The notes beneath the pieces were generated by a model that did no database searches, had not been told where the DNA came from, and worked only from the letters and a program-made list of their open reading frames with translations. A stretch of DNA of 63,345 nucleotides, counting the filler, from Octopus bimaculoides (lineage: Eukaryota), in the NCBI RefSeq assembly GCF_001194135.2. It is 4 parts of 4 records of this genome, joined end to end, with 100 filler letters (N's around TTAATTAATTAA, not from the genome) between each part and the next. Parts side by side here need not be neighbours in the genome. Positions count along the whole stretch, not along the records: positions 1 to 19,829 come from NC_068999.1; positions 19,930 to 37,875 come from NC_068981.1; 2 more parts are not named here. One strand, 5' to 3'. Numbering within the stretch: the stretch's first letter is position 1; every line of letters begins with the position of its first letter. Shown here one piece after another: positions 13,691 through 25,539 of the stretch. The position numbers and the translations under genes were made by a program.

Positions 13691-15133
13691 AAGGAAACGA
13701 AACAAACGCTATTTTTTTCAAAAAGTGTGTTTTGGTCTTTGTATCTTTGATTATCTTGATTTAATTTTAATTTTTTTAAATTTTTATTGTTTTCCTTGCT
13801 AATTATTTATTATTTAATCATTTGTCTATTGTAGAGAAAGTAAAAGAATTCACGTGCATGTCTATATGCATGTATAACAATATACGTAGATATATGTGAG
13901 CGTATGTATGACTTACGTATGTACTTACTTTATATATATATATACACACACACATATNNNNNNNNNNNNNNNNNNNNNNNNNNNNNNNNNNNNNNNNNNN
14001 NNNNNNNNNNNNNNNNNNNNNNNNNNNNNNNNNNNNNNNNNNNNNNNNNNNNNNNNNNNNNNNNNNNNNNNNNNNNNNNNNNNNNNNNNNNNNNNNNNNN
14101 NNNNNNNNNNNNNNNNNNNNNNNNNNNNNNNNNNNNNNNNNNNNNNNNNNNNNNNNNNNNNNNNNNNNNNNNNNNNNNNNNNNNNNNNNNNNNNNNNNNN
14201 NNNNNNNNNNNNNNNNNNNNNNNNNNNNNNNNNNNNNNNNNNNNNNNNNNNNNNNNNNNNNNNNNNNNNNNNNNNNNNNNNNNNNNNNNNNNNNNNNNNN
14301 NNNNNNNNNNNNNNNNNNNNNNNNNNNNNNNNNNNNNNNNNNNNNNNNNNNNNNNNNNNNNNNNNNNNNNNNNNNNNNNNNNNNNNNNNNNNNNNNNNNN
14401 NNNNNNNNNNNNNNNNNNNNNNNNNNNNNNNNTGTATGTATGTATGTATGTATGTATGTATGTATGCACGCATCCTCATGCACGTATCTAAAATTATTGA
14501 AGATTTATCGGTTGGGGTTGAGGCTTTCGATAGGGGTTGGTGGAGGATTAACACCAAAGCAAAAATGGTGTAAAGAGAGCGACCAGGACAATATTAATGA
14601 GAAAGTAAATGCGATATTGAGGGCAGCTATAAAACAACACCAAAGAATCTCACTGAGACACGTATACATTGAAAAACACATACACAAACACAGGCATGAA
14701 CATTTTGGCGGAATTCTGGTTTAAACACCTCCATATAACCCTTCGTAACTTTTTTGTTTAGGGGAATTTTCTGAAAATTTTTGCGAATTTATGTTCTACA
14801 CAAGGGAATTTAATCAATTATGAGAGAGGGAGAAAAAAGCAATTTTTAATTTTTTTAACCTCCAACTCACATAAGTCCTAAAATTTCCACTCTTTTTCGA
14901 TTTTTTTTTTTTTTTAGGTCAGAGTTTAAAATACAGACAGTCCAAATCATTCGATTAGATCCCGGCAATGGACCACCCTTGGGTGCCTCAGTATTCTCTT
15001 AAATGTATTTACGAGCAGAAAAATACTGAAAAAACATCAATGAATGTCAGGGTGATACAAAAACAACGACGGTATCAGTTGGGTCATGGGATGTAGTAGA
15101 AACAGCAGCTAAATGGCCCTTAAATCACACACA

Positions 15134-15198
<65 letters not shown>

Positions 15199-15664
15199 TG
15201 CATTATCGTATGAATTCCTGTGTGTAGAACAAATCCGTAAATATTTTCTGAAAATACCAAAAAAAAACAAAAAAAAACCCCAGAAGTTAAGGGGGTTTAT
15301 TGGGGTGATTCAAACACGATTTCCGCCCTCATATTTATGCGTGAGCCAATAAGCTAAATAAGTGGTCGTTTGAATAGCAAAAGATAGCTGTCTAATTTCA
15401 TTTAGACTGCATGTCCACTACTTTTGCGCTAGAAAATTTGCCGTATCTGATGGCATATAAGATACATTCCACCCAACCTCCGGAAAAACAATGTTCTCCG
15501 GAAAAACTCAGCCCAGCTCCCAAAACTTAGCTTTGTCTATGACGTCCACTACTACTGGCGAATTATCGTGATATTTTGGTTCGTGTTATCTTACTTTTTA
15601 TGTAAAGGAATGTTTGTGATGTAGAAGTCCTTTGGTAATTTGTTATAATGTACTACTGTTTGGA

Positions 15665-16049
15665 GGAGGCGAATTGGCCCAGTGGTTAGGGCAGCGGGCT
15701 CGCGGTCATAGGATCGCGCTTTTGATTCCCAGACCGGGCGTTGTGAGTGTTTATTGAGCGAAAACACCTAAAGCTCCACGAGGCTCCGGCAGAGGATGGT
15801 GGTGAACCCTGCTGTACTCTTCCACCACAACTTTCTCTCACTCTTACTTCTTGTTTCTGTTGTGCCTGTAATTCAAAGGGCCAGCCTTGTTACACTGTGT
15901 CACGCTGAATATCTCCAAGAACTACGTTAAGGGTACACGTGTCTGTGGAGTGCTCAGCCACTTGCACTTTAATTTCACGAGCAGGCTGTTCCGTTGGTCG
16001 GATCAACTAGAACCCTCGACGTCGTAAGCGATGTAGTGCCAACAACAAC
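15665..16049 (+). mobile_element. tRNA-derived SINE (family C), full length
   Basis: A-box tggcccagtgg and degenerate B-box gcttttgattcc. The 3' tail gaactacgttaagggtacacgtgtctgtggagtgctcagccacttgcac...gagcaggctgttccgtt...gaaccctcg is shared with 27001-27245. Ends in (AAC)n. Confidence 0.85.
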
Positions 16050-16263
16050 TACTGCATGGCTTTAGTTATTACATTGGGGTACTTCGAAGATGCCCTTTCA
16101 TTTTCTTTCTTTTTTTTTTTGCCATCATTTACGGAAGATAACGTAACGATGTCCTGGGATCCATCATCATAAACGAATAAACCTGATGATCATGGCTGGA
16201 ATTGCTTTAGTCATATATTCTCGTGGATCAGGGCTTACATGAAGCAATATTAATATCTATAAT

Positions 16264-16496
16264 AGGGCGGAGAGCTGGCAGAAACGTTAGCACGCCGGGT
16301 GAAAGGCTTAACGGTATTTAGTCTGCCGTTATGTCCTGAGTTCAAATTCCACCGAGGTCGAATTTGCCTTTCATCCTTTGGGGGTTGATAAATTAAGTAC
16401 CAGTTACGCACTGGGGTCAATGTAATAGACTTAATCCCTTTATCTGTCCTTGTTTGTCCTCTCTCTGTTTAGCCCCCTGTGGGCAATAAAAAAAGA
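16264..16496 (+). mobile_element. tRNA-derived SINE (family B) with 18-bp target-site duplication
   Basis: Head gggcggagagctggcagaaacgttagcacgccgg and B-box gagttcaaattcc. Identical flanks aatattaatatctataat at 16246-16263 and 16497-16514. Confidence 0.9.
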
Positions 16497-16517
16497 AATA
16501 TTAATATCTATAATTAA

Positions 16518-16765
16518 TAAGGCGGCGAGCTGGCAGAAACGTTAGCACGCCGGAAATTGTAAGGAAGTCTGTCGTGTATGTCTGATTTGGTGTTGTATTT
16601 GTCCTACCTACCTCCACCACCACACAACCGGTATTGGTGTGTTTACATCCTCGTAACTCAGCGGTTCAGAAAAAGAGGAGTTAAAGTACCAAACTAAAAA
16701 AAATATACTAGGGTCGATTTATTCGATTAAAGAGCTTCAATGTCGTCGTGCCCCAGCTTGGCCGC
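16518..16765 (+). mobile_element. Family B SINE head fragment followed by a family A SINE 3' half
   Basis: aaggcggcgagctggcagaaacgttagcacgccgg (truncated at ~16552), then caaccggtattggtgtgtttacatcctcgtaactcagcggttc...ccagcttggccgca. Confidence 0.65.
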
Positions 16766-17083
16766 ACTAGAATTTTACGTGAAAGTCATATGTTGCTTCT
16801 GTACAGCGTTTAACTTTCTAGGCAGCATTTTTTCAGCAAACTGCGAGTGAGAAATAAGTTTTAGTCCTTTGAGAAAGGTCACGAATAAAACAAGATAACT
16901 GGCCGTATTGACATCAGTAGGTGGGAAACGCAGCTGAGATTATTTTTATCGCTTTGGGTGAGATGACTAAGTATTCATTATTTATAATTTGTCTTCGGTA
17001 TATTTTTAGCACAATTGAAATATATATATATATGTTGATAAGGGTATTTTGTCTACACAACACACGCACTGGTTCAATTCCAT

Positions 17084-17252
17084 TTCTTCTTCTTCTTCTT
17101 CTTCTTCTTCTTCTTCTTCTTCTTCTTCTTCTTCTTCTTCTTCTTCTCCTCCTCCTCCTCCTCCTCTCCTCCTTCCTTTTCTCTCCTCCCCTCCCCTCCC
17201 TCCTCCTCTCACATCCTAATCCCCCTCCCCTCCTCCTATCCTCTCCCATCCT
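17084..17252. repeat. (CTT)n grading into a (CCT)n/C-rich polypyrimidine tract
   Basis: Directly visible. Runs into an N gap. Confidence 0.9.
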
Positions 17253-17841
17253 NNNNNNNNNNNNNNNNNNNNNNNNNNNNNNNNNNNNNNNNNNNNNNNN
17301 NNNNNNNNNNNNNNNNNNNNNNNNNNNNNNNNNNNNNNNNNNNNNNNNNNNNNNNNNNNNNNNNNNNNNNNNNNNNNNNNNNNNNNNNNNNNNNNNNNNN
17401 NNNNNNNNNNNNNNNNNNNNNNNNNNNNNNNNNNNNNNNNNNNNNNNNNNNNNNNNNNNNNNNNNNNNNNNNNNNNNNNNNNNNNNNNNNNNNNNNNNNN
17501 NNNNNNNNNNNNNNNNNNNNNNNNNNNNNNNNNNNNNNNNNNNNNNNNNNNNNNNNNNNNNNNNNNNNNNNNNNNNNNNNNNNNNNNNNNNNNNNNNNNN
17601 NNNNNNNNNNNNNNNNNNNNNNNNNNNNNNNNNNNNNNNNNNNNNNNNNNNNNNNNNNNNNNNNNNNNNNNNNNNNNNNNNNNNNNNNNNNNNNNNNNNN
17701 NNNNNNNNNNNNNNNNNNNNNNNNNNNNNNNNNNNNNNNNNNNNNNNNNNNNNNNNNNNNNNNNNNNNNNNNNNNNNNNNNNNNNNNNNNNNNNNNNNNN
17801 NNNNNNNNNNNNNNNNNNNNNNNNNNNNNNNNNNNNNNNNN

Positions 17842-17893
<52 letters not shown>

Positions 17894-18181
17894 CATGTAT
17901 GTGCGTGTGTATGTATGTATAGGTGTGTGTATGTATGCATATTTGTATGTGCCAACGTCTATATATGTATAAGTGACACTCAATATGTGTATGCGTGGAT
18001 GCATCTCATTTATATGTGTGTATTTATACCTCCTTTTTATTTAATCCTGAAAATACACACATACACACATGTGCACGCTTTGCATATATATATATATATA
18101 TGTACGAATGTATTATACATATGTCTGTATGAAATATATTGATACAAACAAATGTATCAATATGATCATATGCGTGCGTGT

Positions 18182-18227
<46 letters not shown>

Positions 18228-18612
18228 TTATGTGCACGTGTGCTTATGCCTGTGTGTTTGTTGTCTAAAGACCAATTAAGAACAAGCCGGATTAGATTTT
18301 CACTTTTGTATTGACAAGAATTGACTGGTTTTCTTTTAAAAGTGTTCTACTTAGTACGAAATAAAAGAAAGGGGTAGGGACACTTCTGAATGTATGTAGA
18401 ACTGTTTAATTTAGGGCAATTATAAGTTGCTTACATATCCCTTATCCCTAATTATGTACATGTGCATACAGACATATATATATATATACATATTCTAGCG
18501 AGAAACGTGTGGTGGGTGTATACAGAGAGCGAGAAAATAATTGGGTCAATGTGAACTAGCCATTCTCCCTTTTAAATTGGTCACGACAGACACTACTTAT
18601 CCGTATACATTC

Positions 18613-18674
<62 letters not shown>

Positions 18675-19358
18675 GCTAATCTATCCTTCAGCATTTTTAT
18701 CTATCTAGTCATCGTCCAGTAGGTAACATCATTTGTATTAATCTGTTATATTGTGAAGTATTCATGCGTATGTTACGAAGCAAAAACACATGTGGGCACA
18801 CACGCACGCACACATACATACATACACATATATAAATGTGCGTATGTATACACACACACACACACACACACACATTCATATANNNNNNNNNNNNNNNNNN
18901 NNNNNNNNNNNNNNNNNNNNNNNNNNNNNNNNNNNNNNNNNNNNNNNNNNNNNNNNNNNNNNNNNNNNNNNNNNNNNNNNNNNNNNNNNNNNNNNNNNNN
19001 NNNNNNNNNNNNNNNNNNNNNNNNNNNNNNNNNNNNNNNNNNNNNNNNNNNNNNNNNNNNNNNNNNNNNNNNNNNNNNNNNNNNNNNNNNNNNNNNNNNN
19101 NNNNNNNNNNNNNNTATACAAAATATCAGAAAAAGTAATTAAAAATAAAATGTGTAGTAATTTGTTCCATGGTTACCAATTTTCAAGCTTATTACAAAGA
19201 ATTCCGCGTTAACATTTCAGGTAAGCAGTTCTTACACCCACCTGCTCACCCACCCGTTAACAGCGATGATTCTACTCTAGATAAAATAGCGATGGATTAA
19301 TGCATAAAGTATGTATATGCGTTTCCACATACATTGTCAGGGATGAGTACACACAAAT

Positions 19359-19400
<42 letters not shown>

Positions 19401-19589
19401 CACACACACATACACACACACACACAAACACACACGTACGTATCTATAGAGGGGAGAGAGGGAGAGAGAGTATATGTATAAGTTAAAAATAATGGCAGCC
19501 AAACGTTTTGCTGAGTAATTATATTCAGTAATTATATGCACACATTACTCAGCGTTTCATGTGTCAGACAGTAATCTATCTCTCTAACT

Positions 19590-19750
19590 TTCTATCTGGT
19601 GTGTTTACGTCCATGTAACTTAGCAGTTCGATAAAATAAAACAATAGAATAAGTACTAGGCTTACAAAGAATAAGTGCTTGGGTCGATTTGCTCGACTAA
19701 AGGCGGTGCTCAGCATGGCCGCAGTTAAATGACTGAAAGAAGTAAAAGAA
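19590..19750 (+). mobile_element. Family A SINE tail
   Basis: gaataagtactaggcttacaaagaataagtgcttgggtcgatttgctcgactaaaggcggtgctcagcatggccgcag...agtaaaagaat. Confidence 0.85.
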
Positions 19751-19783
19751 TATATATATGCCTATACATACAAATGAATGTGC

Positions 19784-19829
<46 letters not shown>

Positions 19830-19929
19830 NNNNNNNNNNNNNNNNNNNNNNNNNNNNNNNNNNNNNNNNNNNNTTAATTAATTAANNNNNNNNNNNNNNN
19901 NNNNNNNNNNNNNNNNNNNNNNNNNNNNN

Positions 19930-20362
19930 CAGGTAAAATATGTATTTAAAAAAAAAATAAAAAATAAAGAAATAAAAAAGCAAAAAAAAGAATTCATGAA
20001 TGGATGTTGTTTTCACAGCGATAATGCTCTTCTCAGTACATGAGTCGTTCCAGTTAACACGATTTTTTGCACTTCCTGTAGGGATGGTAAGCCTGGTATC
20101 ATTTTCAAATAGGTTTCAGTACCTCTTTTAATCATTCCTAGAGATCCTACAATCACTGGTACGGTAGTCGCTTTGAGGTGCCACAATTTTTTCAATTTCA
20201 ATTAGCAAGTCTTTATATTTACTGATCTTGTCAAATTCTTTCGCCGCTATATTATGGTCACAAGGAATACTCATGTCAATTAATAAACACCTCTTCTTTG
20301 TCTGGTCTTTTATAATAATATCCGGTTTATTAGCTTTTATAGCCTTGTCTGTATCGGTATCG
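19930..20362 (-). mobile_element. R4/Dong-clade LINE, 5'-truncated (RLE domain plus 3' UTR), subfamily A
   Basis: TDKAIKANKPDIIIKDQTKKRCLLIDMSIPCDHNIAAKEFDKISKYKDLLIEIEK, a 1-nt frameshift, then LWHLKATTVPVIVGSLG...VQKIVLTGTTHVLRRALSL*. This is the PD-D-xxP..K..KY RLE signature. The 5' end abuts (TAA)n. Confidence 0.85.
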
Positions 20363-20446
<84 letters not shown>

Positions 20447-20449
<3 letters not shown>

Positions 20450-20904
20450 TGAGAGAGCAGTGGATGCCATCAAAGTGACACTGGGGTAAAATATATGAAG
20501 CCCATTATACCCATCATGATTACCCATCTGATAAGGGTACACCATGCACATGCATCACCACCATATGTGCGCGACATGGTGATCTCATATCAAGATAAAC
20601 CGCGCATGACCTCGCAGGTGGGGCCCAGTTAGAATTTTTTTCAGGTCGAGTAGCCCATCCCGCTCAAAAGGTCCCTGAATAAGGTTTGTTTAAGGATGTT
20701 GAGCAAAACACACATGTTTCCAAAGGTGAATTATTCAAACCCCCAAAAATTCCTCTCAACACATGGCTATGATGCTCCCCCACTACTCTGCTTATGATCA
20801 AAGATGCACATATCGTCAGCCACCAAGGGACATGCTCAACTAGTTAAGGTCAAGCAACTGAAAAGCAAATCTGTGGTACTGAGCAAAATATTTGCTGTAG
20901 CCCA
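20447..20904 (-). mobile_element. ~460-bp non-coding element embedded in (TAA)n on both sides
   Basis: Flanked by TAA tracts at 20365-20446 and 20905-20929. Its 3' ~180 bp recur at 28022-28199, again next to (TAA)n. No convincing ORF or tRNA head. Confidence 0.7.
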
Positions 20905-20939
20905 TTATTATTATTATTATTATTATTATNNNNNNNNNN

Positions 20940-20976
<37 letters not shown>

Positions 20977-20989
20977 ACTATCGTTATTA

Positions 20990-22830
20990 TCATTATTCAG
21001 TAGTCTTATTTTTATCACGTGCTTTCACTGCACCACCGAGCGCAGTTTTGTGTGCCTTGAGTATGTGCTGTGGTTTGATGTGATGTTCTTATTTTTACTG
21101 TATTGAAAGTGTTTTATGTAGGATGTGTGCAGTGCCTAGTAGTGCTATTTTCTGTAAGTTATATACACCTATAAGTGCTGGTGTTTTTGTTATGCATTTG
21201 TCTGAATATTCTTTATCATACCTAATGCGCCTACTATGATAGGAATTGTTTCTGTTTTTAGGCTCCACATTCGATTTACCTTTATTTCCAGATCTTTGTA
21301 TTTCGAAAGTTTCTCCTTTTATTTTTAGAGAAATATTGTCATCTGTTGGTATTGATACATCGATTAGAAAGCATTTTTTCTTGGTGACCTTTGACAACTA
21401 TATCCAGCGATTTGGCCTTAATTTCTCTATGTGTGTATTGGCATATCCCAGAGTAAGGTTGCATTCTCATTTTCTGTGATCTGTTCTGGCGTATGCCTAT
21501 ACCATCTTTTTTTCTGTTGTTATTCCATAGTGTTTTCATAGCTTCCAGTGTATATAGGTCCCAACTCTGTCGTGTCTGTGAATATATTTCTTCTTAGCCA
21601 GGACTGGGCAGTCAGAAACAATATGATTTATTGTTTCTTCTCCATCTCCATATATTCTGCAGTTATTTTTTTCCTTTTCATTACATATTTTTGATGATTT
21701 CTGGTGAGAAGGCTTTGATATTGTGCTACAATCAAAAGCCCTTCAATCTCTGCTTCGAGTCGTGAGCTTCTCAGCCATTGTTGAGAGTTTGCTTTGTCTA
21801 TTTCTTTTCTGTTTAGTTCAACCTAATATTTGCCAGGAAGGAGTTTTTCTTGCCATCGTTTATCATGATCCGTTGCTGTTCCAATTTTAGTTTGGATTTC
21901 AGCTGTTTTACAGCTTTTGTTGTTTCTTCTTTTCCTTCATAGTTGTTAGGTGCTATGACTTCTTTTTTGTATTTGTCTGCTTCCTGAAAGGCTGAAAACA
22001 GTGTTTTGTTTTGTTCGTGTATTATGGCTATTTATAGATTAGTTTTCCTTGCTTCTGAAGTAGGTATTTCTGTGGTCCTATGGTTGATACTTTGTAATAG
22101 TTTTCTAGCTGTGTAAGGCCTCCACCACCTTCGATGCGTTGTACATATAGCCTTTCTAAATCCTAAATCCTGTCATTATTTTTCTTGTTTTCCTGTCTAT
22201 TTTAATTAGTTCATTTTGAGTCCAGTTAAGAATATTGTAGTTGTAGCTTATAACTGGGACGGCTAGAGTGTTGATATCTATAATCTTGTTTTTCGCATTG
22301 AGCTCTCTTTTCAGTATTAATCTAACTCGTCTATAGTATTATTTTCTTATCTTCTCTTTCATTTGTGTGTGTTGTATCGTATCTAGTTCATTGATTCCTA
22401 AGTGTTTGTATGTCTGGCTTTGGTATAATTCTCATACTTCATTTCCTTTATCTAGTGTGATGTTGCTATTCTTAAATAATTTTCCTCTTTTCAAGGTTGC
22501 TCTGGCATATTTTTCTAAGCCAAATTTCATGCTTATTTCTTTGGTAAATCTATGTACTGTCTGTAGAAATGTTTCCAGCTGTTTCTAATTTGTAGCGTAC
22601 AGTTTTAGATCATCCATATACAAGAGATGGCTGATTGTTTTGCCGTAACAGTTGCATCCACATCCAGTTCTGTTTAGTTTGTCAGATAAAAGTGCCAGTG
22701 CCAAATAGAAATGGAGTGGAGAGAGCGAGTCCCTCTGGAATATTCCTCTTCTAATGGGGATAGTTTTGGTTTTTATGAGTCTTTTTTTCGTCTGGGGCTG
22801 TAACACTGTCTGCCATTTATTCATGGAATG
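20990..22830 (-). mobile_element. R4/Dong-clade LINE, 5'-truncated and degenerate (RT, zinc knuckle, RLE), subfamily B
   Basis: RRGIFQRDSLSPL...ISHLLYMDDLKLYA (RT), CRIYGDGEETINHIVSDC (degenerate CCHC), LLWDMPIH...CFLIDVSIPTDDNISL (RLE), ending LQKIALLGTAHILHKTLSIQ*. The 3' UTR runs into TAA/CAA repeats and the 5' truncation abuts (TAA)4. Confidence 0.92.
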
Positions 22831-25539
22831 TTATTATTATTACTTTAAGTCAGTCTTTGTATTGTACCCCTCATCCTACGCCCTGGTGGAAAATAAAAGA
22901 AATTATTATTATTATTATTATTTAATTAATCAGAAATAATACTTCACACATTCTGTATGGTGCAATGTTGACGGAGAGCCTGAAGGTTTTACACTATACT
23001 GTGTGTTCAACTAACCAGTGAGCTATTGCTTTTCTATATTTCTCGTCCTACTGAGAGATTTGTAGACTTCTATATAAACCACACAATGAGTAATGGATTG
23101 TGTACCAGATAATTCTCTCTTCCCTCGTTACACACTCAGTTATCCTCAAAAAATTCCTACCCAAATACGGTAAATTAAGGAACCGAAAATTTATTATTTG
23201 GATTGGAATTCTAATAGCAGAAACCTATGTTATATAACTTGGAAATGAATTTAAGACCTTCTTCTATAAAACAGCACATGGGAGTCGAAAAGTGAATATC
23301 TTACATATTCATAATTTGTTAGTGTTGTTATTATTTAGTCCTAGTGCGAGACGCTAGGGCACAACCATTTCAGCGCCGCCTCTTTGGCGTTACGATTCGA
23401 CGCTGAATTATTTGAAATTAGCCTTTTTTACGTTTCTCTTGTTTTTTATGATTCTATCCCGCCTCTGTCTCTCTCTTATCTGTGTTTGCTTCTCTCATTT
23501 TAATATTTCTCGTGTTCTTTCTCTCTCCCCACTTCTCATTGTTTATGTGTGTAACGTTATTCCTCTATGTGCATGAGGAGAGGGAAAGTGTTTATGCCAA
23601 TTATATTCATTTATTTAATTCTCCTCCCGTTCTCTTTTTCTCTCTCTCTCTTTCACTGTGTCTCTGTATGTGTATATTTATGCGCGCGTGTATGTGTTTG
23701 CCACCAGTCCCAAAAAGTACTCTCGCTAAAGCAGGTTCTATGTCCAGTCTGCCGTGACAATATACACAACCCCATGTCCAAACAGCGGTGTTCAACCGTC
23801 TCGTCTCGATTTAGCCGCAGGTTATTTGGGAGGTAGAGCGGATGGGGTTGGGGGCGAATTGTCAGAATCGTTAGTGTTTAATAAAATACCTCGATCCAGT
23901 TTTCTGATTTCAACTTTCGCTTCTGTCAACTTTGCTTTAAAGGCAGTGGAATGGCAGAATAGAGATAGGGAGGGTGGGGTTTTGGAAAATGCCTCGTGGT
24001 ATATTCTGTAGCTCTTTACTTTCTGCTTTCAAATCCTGCCAAGATCAACCTCACCTTTCATCACTCTGGAATTGATCAAATAAAGTATCACGGCTCGAAT
24101 CAATCGGCTAACTGCACCCCACCACCGCAAAATTATTGAAATTATTACTTAGTCGCAAGCCGGCCCAGACCAAGCAAACTCACAATGAGAAGCATTCTGG
24201 TCACCAACATCTAATTTTATTTTCAGGCATAATATATTCAAATCTATATCATCGAATGAATTCTTCTCCCTTACGTATTTCGATATGATTTGAAGAAGAT
24301 TCAGCTACTTCTCCAACAGGTTAACAAACAGCGAAGAAGCTTCCTCATTTACTCCATTAATAATGCATTTTTTTTTTATTAGGGAAGAGACAGGTCAATG
24401 ACCCAGAAGATTGAGAGCTTCATTAATGTCTAAGGCTGGGCATATATTCTCACGTTTTTGTTATCAAATCCCCATCATGTAACTTTTGTTTTAATTATGT
24501 TGAGAGTTTGTTTTCCTTTTTAAATGATAAAATGTGTCCCAAACCTGCTGTATGTTACAACACTGTTCCTACAATTAAATCAGGGGCCAAAGCAAGTCTT
24601 AGAGGCTCAACTCCGAATGCATGGAAGTTCTGGGCTTCCCAAGTCCTCTATATATCTAGACCAGGCTTACATCCTCCTGGACATATCACTTCATTTATCG
24701 AGTCCAAATAAAAGAAAGGCAAAGGGACCCGAGAGTGATTGAAAGTTCGAATGCAGGGTTAAATCGAATACCACAAGGTAATCTATCAGATACTCCAGTT
24801 CCGTCAACTCGATATTCTTCCGACAATTCCTGTCAAAGTGGCGCCAAATGTACTACTCAGCATTCCTCTGGATTAGACCAACGATACTGAAAGGAATGGA
24901 CTCCGTCACGTCTAAATGCCAAAGACATGTAGTATGTCACGACGGTGCTGTTACAACTCTATTAGAACTTGAAGACCTAAAGCAAGGCAAATCAGACAGT
25001 CATAGCAACTTCACCTCGAACGCATGGAGGTTCTGCGCAGCTTAGAACCTCCATACATTCAGCACAGGGTTGCATTCTGTAGAGAACACTTCAGTGGCAT
25101 TATGAAAAGCGGCAACAATAGCATAAGAGCTAGTTGCCCTTTTTATGTTAGGTTAAACCTTTATTAACCTGTGGTAAAAAATCTCCTTGTCTCTCTAGAC
25201 AGATACCAAAGAAAGAAAGACTCTTCTGAAAAATAATGTGAAATGTAGTAAGATTTAAATATCCATTAAAAAGTCATAACAAAATTTGTTGTAGAGAAGT
25301 TATTACAAAACGTTACAGAACATATTAATCATGTTCGTATGAAATAATTCAATAGTTTCTAACGTTTTTTATGGGAAACTATCCAACATTAAAGATAACT
25401 TGTGGAAACATAATCACCCAATAATCAATAATTCTAAACAATCAGTCCAATATATCATTGTATTTGTATCGGTTTCAATTGATATTTCATATTTTTATCG
25501 GAAAAAATGAACAAGACATTTAACATGATTAGCCTTACA

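Noticed and set aside
15665-15740. tRNA-like sequences with A/B boxes (here and at family B heads)
   Set aside because: No complete cloverleaf, and each continues into SINE body and tail.
19874-19885. TTAATTAATTAA islands inside N runs (also ~37920-37932 and ~43621-43632)
   Set aside because: At 19830-19929 the layout is 44 N + 12 bp + 44 N = 100 bp, and the 12-mer gives stops in all six frames. This is an artificial scaffolding linker.
20780-20904. Possible HDV-like ribozyme at the 5' end of the 460-bp element
   Set aside because: A GGCUAC/GUGGCU pairing exists, but by eye I found no L3 consensus or P1.1 GG in register. A covariance search would be needed to exclude it fully.
24500-25140. 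Possible DIRS RNase H or tyrosine-recombinase remnants
   Set aside because: The resemblance was weak, and the adjacent sequence resolved as Academ on the minus strand.
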